From Octopus vulgaris (Eukaryota): DNA of 64,000 bases. Positions within the stretch are counted from its first letter, which is position 1, and each line of letters opens with the position of its first letter. The DNA is taken from positions 22,754,001 through 22,818,000 of the forward strand of contig OX597816.1 of the NCBI GenBank assembly GCA_951406725.2, written 5' to 3'. The notes below the pieces were generated by a model that was not told the origin of the DNA, did no database searches, and saw nothing but the letters and a program-made list of their open reading frames with translations. Shown here piece after piece: positions 53,933 through 64,000 of this stretch. Both the position numbers and the translations under genes were made by a program.

Positions 53933-55271
53933 ACTTAAATATGAGTGAAGTAAAGAATATAGATAGGAAAATACGCAAGCTGCTGAGTTGTAATAGGATG
54001 CACCACTCAAAGGCAAACGTAGATCGCCTTTACCTCCCTAGAGCCCAAGGAGGTCGAGGCCTGATCCAATTTGAACTAGCTTACAAAACAACCACAATTG
54101 GACTGGCCAAATATCTCGAAATATCGAATGACTGGATGCTAAAGCTCGTGGAAAATCACGAGAAACGAAAGAAGCTTCATTCTATCATAAAGGAAGGCAA
54201 AAAATTTGCTATTGATCTCGTGCAGGATACCCAAACTGAACAACCCGAGGGAAGTACGGCAACTATTGTTGCAAAGAAGGTGAAAATGATGGCAATTTAG
54301 AAAGCGCACGAGCAATTGGCTGATAGGTGGGAGGAGAAACCTCTGCACGGCAAATATGTGACCCGCAGCAAACAAGCTGATGTTGACCAGAAGCAAACCC
54401 ATCAGTGGCTACGGAGCTCAGGGCTAAAAGCAGAGAGCGAAGGTTTCATCCTGGCTGCTCAAGATCAAAGCCTATTAACCCGGAACTACCAGGCCAATGT
54501 AATGAAAAATGGAGCAGACCCAAAATGCCGATTCTGCAACGACATGATTGAAACAGTGGACCACCTTATCTCTGGATGTAAAGTCTTAGCACCAGTGGAG
54601 TATAAATTAAGACATGACAGAGTTGGCCAATATCTACACTGGCTAATAAGTCGGCATTACAATATCAAAACTGCCGACAAGTGGTATAATCACCACCCTG
54701 AGGCTGTAACTGAAGGAGAAAATGTAACCATTCTGTGGGACTTTCCATTACATACGGACCGAACCATCAAGGCCAATAAACCAGATATTGTTGTGAAAGA
54801 CCAAAACAATAAAGTTTGCTTATTGATCGACATGAGCATCCCCTGTGATCATAATATCTCAGCGAAAGAGTTTGACAAGCTCAGAAAATACAAAGACCTA
54901 CTCATTGAAATTGAGAAAATGTGGCATCTCAAGGCGGTTACAATACCAGTGATCGTAGGAGCATTAGGAATGATCAAGAAGGGAACCGAAAATTATATGA
55001 GAATGATCCCTGGCTTACCATCCCTGCAAGAAGTGCAAAAGATTGTCTTAACTGGTACATCACACGTATTGAGAAGAGCATTGTCGATGTGAGAACTGTT
55101 GCTGCTCATGTATTTTATTATAACTTTAAAAAAAAAAAGTTTTTTTTAAATGAACGAACTATTGAGTTTGGTTTAATGGCCTACCAATGTATACTATGAG
55201 TTTCTTTGCCCTAGGAGTCGGGAAGACACTCGGCAAGAAATGGAAGCAAATTTGAAAGAAGAAAAAAAAAG
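53933..55271 (+). mobile_element. R4/Dong-like non-LTR retrotransposon family 1, 5'-truncated, in (AAT)n
   Basis: One reading frame 53939-55092 with a single in-frame TAG at 54298-54300, then 3'UTR, A-rich end and (AAT)n. Confidence 0.92.
53939..55092 (+). pseudogene. RT thumb-end, CCHC knuckle and restriction-like endonuclease of an R4/Dong-type ORF
   Basis: RLYLPRAQGGRGL, LHGKY, AAQDQ, CRFC..ETVDHLISGC, RHD, LWDF, NKPDIV..LIDMSIP, KLRKYKDL, PVIVGALG. Confidence 0.9.
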
Positions 55272-55290
55272 TAATAATTTTAATAATAAT

Positions 55291-55665
55291 GTAAAAATGT
55301 GGAACCTGAAGGCTAAAACAACACCTGTTTAGATAGATGGCCTGGGAATGATAGCTAAAGGGGCTGATTGCTACCTAGCTCAGACACCAGGAAACTCCAA
55401 AATGGCAGAAATTCAAAAGATAGTGCTCCTGGGAACTGCCCATATCCTACGCAAAATACTTTCTATGTAATCTCAAGTTTTAAAACAAACACATGATTTC
55501 CTTATGGTTTCTAAAACATTCTCTCGAACAACACTATGTACAAAACCAAATATATGGCACCCTAGGCATAACACCAACAGGAACTTTCAACTTCGTTGTC
55601 TCTTGAGGTCTCTGGGTAAGACTTGGAGCCAACTTGTACAATTGTGAAGCATAAGTCAAACATGA
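55291..55665 (+). mobile_element. R4/Dong-like family 2, extreme 3' end
   Basis: KMWNLKAKTTPV..GLGMIAKG…EIQKIVLLGTAHILRKILSM*, different 3'UTR, then (AAT)n. Confidence 0.85.
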
Positions 55666-55680
55666 AATAATAATAATTAT

Positions 55681-55770
<90 letters not shown>

Positions 55771-56344
55771 AAGAAGAAGAACAACAACAACAACAACAAT
55801 AACAACAACAACAAAGTTTTTCTTATTTTGGCTGAAGGCCAGGAAATTTACGCGGTGGGCATATTGATTACATCAAACACATTGCTCACAGAGGTACTCG
55901 TTTTATGGACCCAGAAAAAGGAAGCAAAGCCCACATCTGCAGAATGTGAGGGCAATTTGAATGGTCGAGATACAACGCATAAACTGTTGAGATTTGCATC
56001 GTTCAAAGAGAAATACTTCAACAATAAGCATATAAGAAAACTATATAAAAATAGAGCACACAGCAGATTAATAACTAATAAAACGAATCCGCTACAACGG
56101 GATATTCACATAGGGTAATTGGGGGGAATGCTCCAAAGAAAACGTCCCTGATTTGTCTGCCACTTCCAAGGCATCTTCTAGTTTTTTTTTTCCTCCTTAT
56201 TGGGTCCATTCAGTCTCACTAGTCTTGCCACTCTGAGGCAACGCCACGCCCTCTACACTTACGTTCCTCTTCGAATGATACCTGAAGAAATTGATGAGAG
56301 CTTGACCAGATAGGTAAGTGCACCACTTCAAACCTGCCAGACAG

Positions 56345-56880
56345 GTGGGAGGAGGAGGGTAGGGAGGAGGACATGGAGGTGGGAGGAAGATGACGGATGA
56401 GGAGGACGACGGATGAGGAGGAAGAAGGATGAGGTGGACGAAGGATGAGGAGGACGAGGAGGAGGGATGAGGAGGCGGAGGAGGGAGGAGGACGCCGAGG
56501 GATGAGGAGGACGAAGGAGGAGGAGGGCGAGGAGGAGGAGGAAGAGGAAGGATGAGGACGACGAGGGATGAGGAGGACGAAGGATGGGGAGGGCGAGGAG
56601 GAGGGAGGAAGAGGAGGGATGACGACGACGAGGGATGAGGAGGACGAAGGATGAGGAGGGCGAGGAGGAGGGAGGAAGAGGAAGGATGAGGACGATGAGG
56701 GATGAGGAGGGCGAAGGATGGGGAGGGCGAGGAGGAGGGATGAGGACGACGATGGATGAAGAGGACGAAGGATGGGGAGGGCGAGGAGGAGGGAGGAAGA
56801 GGAAGGATGAGGACGACGAGGGATGAGGAGGACGAAGGATGAGGAGGGCGAGGAGGAGGGAGGAGGGAGGAGGAGGAGGA
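56345..56880. repeat. Purine-rich (GGA/GAG/GAT) minisatellite
   Basis: Recurring units such as gaggaggacgaaggat and gaggagggcgaggaggaggg. Confidence 0.9.
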
Positions 56881-57547
56881 AAAATAATTATGACTTCTAA
56901 TGTTTGTGCAAGAGTTGCAATCTGAAGAAAGGGGCCTACTCGATTACATGGACCCTACTAAGAAACTGGTACTTGTTGATCCCAAAACGGTGTAACGTAA
57001 AGATAAGCTTGGGTGCAATTTGATTTCAGGATGGAAAGATTTCTTTTTAACAATAAATCTCAGAGCGAGTTATAAGACGGGAAGGATGGATTCCCTTTGC
57101 AAATACTGATAGGGCGCAGAAAGTGTGTCTATAGCCAGCTGGAGGAGGTGTCCTCCTGGGTCTACAAACTACAGTAGCATCCACCCTTAGGGGTTAGCCA
57201 TATTTAAATGGCAAGTATACGTCAAGATTTCTTTTTGTTTTCCTGTTGCTCTTCCACCATTGCTATCACTTTGACCCAGTCTCTTTGATGTGACCCTTTT
57301 ATTACACGTCATTTAGTAATTCACCTTCGTTATAAAAGTGACATTATCACAAAATCTTAAGACGAGTGATAATAGTGGCCACTGCTCATATCTCCCCCCC
57401 TCCCTCGCTATCGTTAGCGGCTTAACTGTGTCCCATTGTCTACCTCTTGCTAACACTCATTTACCCAACTGTGCTAGAGTGGGATAGTGTTTTTCTTTGT
57501 TTCTGCTTAGACATTTCTTGGCAATAGTCTGTTTCATTATCTATGTA

Positions 57548-57712
57548 CGTTTATGATGGAAAGGTACATTTCCATCATAAATGGAAATGCACCTTAATTG
57601 ATGGAACCTATGACCCTTTATGATGGAAAGATTCTTATATTGCACATAGGTACCTTTATGGTGGAAAGGTATCTTTTCATCATAATTTTCATGATAGAAA
57701 GATTCTTGTATC
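57548..57712. repeat. Short degenerate minisatellite (tttatgatggaaag…)
   Basis: atgatggaaag-like unit recurs about 5 times, one with a local hairpin. Confidence 0.65.
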
Positions 57713-59302
57713 GCATTCATATATATTCTTCATTCCTTTCAATAAACTGAGTATTCCACTGATTTATAACAAACATTATACATGTACCACACACACTGGA
57801 AAATCTCTGTTTCTATAACTTCAAATTTCGTAACAAGACACTTCATGTTATATAAGACAGAAAACATTTCCTCTCGTACCAATGCTATTGTCCATGTTGT
57901 TACGACTGCTATTTTTGTAACGAATATTGACGTCGCTGTTGCTTATTTTTCCTTCATTATCAACATATTCGAAGCAGACGACACCGTACTTTTTTTTTTA
58001 CTTCCTAACGTCTTCTGTTAATACTATGTTTACTAACATGACATTATTAGTAATGCAGACGCTTGACACATTCATCTCTCCGCCTCTTTATTCCACTCTC
58101 TTTGCTTCAATTAAACCTTCCTGCTCAACTACTGTGTTATATTTATTTCCAGCGAATGTTATTATTCCTTCTCAAAAACCCATGTTTTTTTCCCATGAAA
58201 ACTGAAACTGTTATGCATATAAAATTTAAAAGTATTCGATAGACCTCGGGTGTGGGATTGGTCAAAATGGAAATTATGACCAAAAAGAAGTGCATTCGTC
58301 GTCCACGGACGCGAAATCGTATATTAATGTAAACAGGTAAAATTCGGTGAAGAGTGAAAATTCGGCAATCTTACAGAGGCCATTTTGAACTTGGCTCCCT
58401 GGTTAACGTGTGCAATATTTTTTTTTCCAAAATTTAGAACAGGACTTACATTTTCTTTTTGTTTTCTTTTATTTTTTGTAGGTGAGAGCTATTTACAAAG
58501 CTATATATATTTGGGAAGAGTGGTGGTCCACTCTCTGTCCCTCTCATTGGATGTGGGTGTTTTCGCCAGCAGGTCGTTGTAAAATATTTTGTTACATGAC
58601 TTTTGAAAATCCTCTACATAGTCAGGATATTTATTTTTTAAAGTGTTGTTAGTGATGTCTGTCGTTTTGATTATTTTCATGTGCTGTGGCGTGATGTCTC
58701 TTAATGCAACAAGACTGCTCTGGTTAATGTCTGTGTAATGCTGAATGTCTTGTTTCCTGTGTTTACAGCAGTCAAGTTTATAATTTCTGTTTTTTGTTTG
58801 TCTGATAGTGTGCAGTTTAACTGTTGTCTGTGTAAATTAAACGGCGTCGGTGAAGGCTTCAGAGATAGTGATAGTGATGTCGGCTGTGTCAGTGGACCTG
58901 TTGTTGGGAGTGGTGTGTTATTGTTGTTGCTACAGTTATCCATCTTTGTGTGTTCAAACCCACCAGTCTACTCTGTTCTAGTGGGTGCATTTATTTTCGT
59001 CTTCTTTTCTTGCCTTTGTTCTTGAAGTTCTTGACGCTACTGCTGTCGGTGCTTCTGTGATCTCAGTTACTGCTACTACTGTTCCCTTCGTCCAGCGTGC
59101 TAACGATTCTTCCAGATCGCCGCCTTAAGAAGTAGAAGAAGGAGAAGAAGAAGAAGAAGAAGAAGAAGAAGAAGAAGAAGAAGAAGAAGCAGAAGAAGAA
59201 GAAGAAGAAGAAGAAGAAGAAGAAGAAGAAGAAGAAGGGGTGGAGAGGAGACAGTTAGTGGGGCGGGACAGTTGATTCGATCGGCAACAGTAAGTCATAT
59301 CA

Positions 59303-59640
59303 TCGACCTTGGAAACATAAAAGAGAAAGTCGACCTGGACCGGATTTGAAATCAGGACGTAAAAAGGCGGAAGAAATGCTGCTAAGAATTTTGCTCGACG
59401 CTCTAATGATTCTATATTCTTGCCAATAATAATAATAATAATAACCCTTACTACTGGAGGCACAAAGACTCAATTTTTTCGGGGAAGGGTACATCGAGTA
59501 CATCGACCCCAGTGTTCCACCCTGAAAAGATGAAAGGCAAAGTCAATCCCGGCGGAATTTAAACTCAGAACGTGGCTGCAGACGAAATACCACTAAGCAA
59601 TTCTCCCAGGTTGCTAATAATTCTGCCATCTCACCGCCTT
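59303..59640 (-). mobile_element. Two degraded SINE family B copies
   Basis: cctgaaaagatgaaaggcaaagtcaatcccggcggaatttaaactcagaacg…ttctgccatctcaccgcctt. Confidence 0.7.
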
Positions 59641-59665
59641 AATAATAATGATGGTGATAATAATA

Positions 59666-59727
<62 letters not shown>

Positions 59728-59767
59728 TAATAATAATGATAATAATAATAATGATAATAATAATAAT

Positions 59768-60991
<1,224 letters not shown>

Positions 60992-60993
60992 TA

Positions 60994-61024
<31 letters not shown>

Positions 61025-61044
61025 AAGAAGAAGAAGAAGAAGAA

Positions 61045-61600
61045 ATGCCCTGATGCAATGCCAGGCAGTGGCACTCATGGCTTCTGATCTTAACTGATTG
61101 GAAGTGTTATCACGTACATTGTTTTGTCTTGGTATAAAAGATGGGCTACAGCAAATATTCTGCTCAATACCACAGATTTGCTTGTCAGTTGTTTGACCTT
61201 AACCAGTTGACCATGTCCCTTAGTGGCTGACAATATGTGCATCTCTTATCATGAGCAGAAGTAGTGGGGGAGCATCATAACCATGTGTTGAGAGGGATTC
61301 TTTGGGGTTTGAATAATTCACCTATGAAAACATGGGTGGTTCGTTCAACATCCTTAAACAACCCTTATTCAGGGACCTTTTGAGCGGGATGGGTTACTCG
61401 ACCAGAAGAAAATTCTAACTGGGCCCCACCTGCAAGGTCATGTGCTGTTTATTTTGACATTTGATCACCATGTCGCACACAGATGGTTGTGATGCATGTG
61501 CCTGGTGTACCCTTCTCAGACGGGTAGTCATGATGGGTATACTGGGCTTCGTAAATTTTACCTCAGTGTCACTTTGATGGCATGCACTGCTCTCTCACTC
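61045..61600 (+). mobile_element. Non-coding (AAT)n-embedded retroposon, longest copy (~555 bp)
   Basis: 3' ~310 bp shared with 53612-53916 and 61678-61998. No credible ORF and no pol III boxes recognised. Confidence 0.85.
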
Positions 61601-61601
61601 A

Positions 61602-61677
<76 letters not shown>

Positions 61678-61679
<2 letters not shown>

Positions 61680-61998
61680 GCCATGTGTTGAGAGGGATTC
61701 TTTGGGGTTTGAATAATTCACCTCTGGAAACATGGGTGGTTCTTTCAACATCCTTAAATAACCCTTATTCAGGGACCTTTTGAGCGGGATGGGCTACTCA
61801 ACCTGAAGAAATTTCTAACTGGGCCCCACCTGCAAGGTCATGTGCTGTTTATCTTGATGAGATCACCATGTCGCGCACATATGGTTGTGATGCATGTGCC
61901 TGGTGTACCCTTATCAGACGGGTAGTCATGATGGGTATACTGGGCTTCGTAAATTTTACCTCAGTGTCAGTTTGATGGCATGCACTGCTCTCTCACTC
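61678..61998 (+). mobile_element. Non-coding (AAT)n-embedded retroposon, 5'-truncated copy
   Basis: Same 3' end as 61045-61600. Confidence 0.85.
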
Positions 61999-62068
<70 letters not shown>

Positions 62069-62742
62069 CCGACGTTGATGATAACATGATAAATAAGAAA
62101 GGCGCGACAAGAGATGTAGTAGTAGTAGTAGTGGTGGTGGTGGTGGTGGTTGTGTTGGCAGTGGTGGTGATCGTGGTGAAAGCAAGTGTATAATAGGATG
62201 TTAGACGCCGTGTGGCGAAAACTGATTATGTGCCAAAGAGAAAAATCAAATAGCTGCATAACAAATGAAACGAAAGTAGTTAAACATTACAAATTTATTT
62301 TCATAGCAAAAAATTTAAAAAAAAATACATTTAAAATAAAATATAAATCATCGTTAAAATGTGGCGTTAAAATATACGCCTAGCTCTGTATAGTGTTTGT
62401 GCGTTTATTCATTCATGCATATATACATGCATAAACACACACATACATACACATATATATATATATTTCTTAAACAAGAATATTATTGAAAGTAACTTCT
62501 AAGTTTCGGCCTGCTAAGCTATCATCTTCAGAGTGTGCTACATTCGAGTTCATTTTGGGTTTACAGTTACTGTTAGCCCTTTTGATACTAACCCTCTGGC
62601 TCTGTAGTACAAATATTTTGCTTTCAAAAGTTCTGAATTAAAATCTTCCACCACATCTTAGTCACAATTTATGTTCCTAACATTTATGTTCCTTCTTCTT
62701 ATTATTATTCTTATTCTTATTCTTATTCTTCTTATTATTATT

Positions 62743-63178
62743 CAGTAGTTTTATTTTTATAGCGTGCTTTCACTTCACTACCGAGCGTAGCTCTGTGTGC
62801 CTTGGGTATGTGCTGTGATTTGATGTGATGCTCTGATGGTTATTGTATGGAAAGTGTTCTGCGTAGGATGTGTGCAGTGCCTAGTAGTGCAATTTTCTGT
62901 ACGTTATATGTGTTTGTAAGTCCTGGTATTTTTGTTATGCATTTGTCTGAATATTTTTTTATCATGCCTAATGCACCTACTATGATAGGAATTGTTTCTG
63001 TTTTTAGATTCCACATTCTGGTTACCTCTATTTCCAGGTCTTTGTATTTTGAGAGTTTCTCCATTTCTTTTAGAGATACGTTGTCATCTGCCGGTATTGA
63101 TACATCAATTAGAAAGCATTTTTTTCTTCATGATCTCTGCCAACTATATCTGGTCTGTTGGCCTTAATTTCTCTATCT
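62743..63178 (-). mobile_element. R4/Dong-like family 3, 5'-truncated, in (ATT)n
   Basis: DREIKANRPDIV…EKLSKYKDLEIEVTRMWNLKTETIPIIVGALG…HILRRTLSIQ. Confidence 0.9.
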
Positions 63179-63182
63179 ATTA

Positions 63183-63223
<41 letters not shown>

Positions 63224-63330
63224 AATCCGTTTTGCCCCTTGTGGAGCATAGGGCCTCAACAGTTGCTTTCCACTTTTTCCACTATCTAAACGTTATTCAA
63301 CAGATCTCCGCCCACCCAAGAACATTGCAA

Positions 63331-64000
63331 CAACCTTTTCGTTACCATATTTCTGTTGAGGTGCTCTGTGTGTCTTTCAATTAATTTGAAATATAACAAA
63401 GAATTTTAGTAAGATAAATTATTTATCATTAAGCTAGTTTTTTTTTGTCCAGAATTTAAAAAAAAACACTAGCTTAATGATAACTAATTTATCTTACTAA
63501 ATTATTTGTTGTATTTCAAATTTATTTAAAGAAACACACAGCATCTCAACAGAAGTATGGCAACAAAAGTGTAAAAGTTACCACGATATTTTTAACCCTT
63601 TCGATACCAACCTAGCTGAAACCACCTCTGGCTCTGTAGTACAAATGTCTTGTTCTCATATGTTGTGAATCAAAATCTTCCACCAAACCTTAGTCACAAT
63701 TTACGTTTCTAACACTCACTTAATGATAACTAAGATATATTACTAAATTCTTTGTTATAATTTAAAATTAATAGAAAGAAACACAGAGCATCTCAACAGA
63801 AATATGGCAACAAATGGGTTAAAGTCACCATGATATTTTTAATCCTTTCGATACCAGCCTGGCTGAAACCAGCTCTGGCTCTGTAATATAAATGTTTTGC
63901 TTCCAAAATTTCTGAATTATATCTTTCACCAAACCTTAGTTGAAATCTATGTTCCTGACACTAGCTTAATGATAACTAAGATATTTTACTAAATTCTTTG
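63331..64000. mobile_element. TTAA-flanked MITE-like unit (63596-63818) in ~247-bp tandem array, with a fold-back of its 3' half (63331-63575); partial copy at 62575-62690
   Basis: TTAA|ccctttcgatacca … tggcaacaaatggg|TTAA imperfect TIRs (piggyBac-like). Unit restarts at 63839. Confidence 0.65.

Noticed and set aside
56635-56826. Acidic Gly/Glu-rich ORF
   Set aside because: Product of the purine minisatellite; no splice or domain support.
62495-62535. Minus-strand CTGAAGA…ggccGAAAC motif (similar weak case at 43188-43262 on +)
   Set aside because: Stem II and cleavage triplet do not form cleanly; not counted among hammerheads.

Overview
AT-rich, microsatellite-dense eukaryotic DNA with no recognisable host protein-coding gene; it reads as intronic or intergenic sequence. 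The SINE families and repeat landscape look like an octopus (cephalopod) genome, which is an inference from recalled repeat sequences. Most ORFs in the supplied track are translations of (TA)n, (CA)n, (TACA)n and (AAT)n repeats. Real content: (i) a 5'-truncated Penelope-like element (GIY-YIG endonuclease) with an inverted pseudo-LTR, plus several non-coding fold-back or tandem mini-elements in (TA)n/(TATG)n tracts, many carrying hammerhead-ribozyme motifs, including one canonical hammerhead (7600-7665, minus) in a 512-nt retrozyme-like tandem unit; (ii) a 49-63 kb cluster of R4/Dong-type RLE retrotransposons and a non-coding partner, all in (AAT)n with the same polarity, including a both-ends-retained internal deletion; (iii) four tRNA-derived SINE families; (iv) mariner/Tc1 relics, non-autonomous Helitrons, RTE 3' ends and a TTAA-flanked MITE array; (v) an old ~540-bp inverted duplication (27.0-27.5 kb vs 33.0-33.8 kb) and a probable non-coding exon (39785-39972). 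Coordinates were read by eye and ends of decayed elements are approximate.
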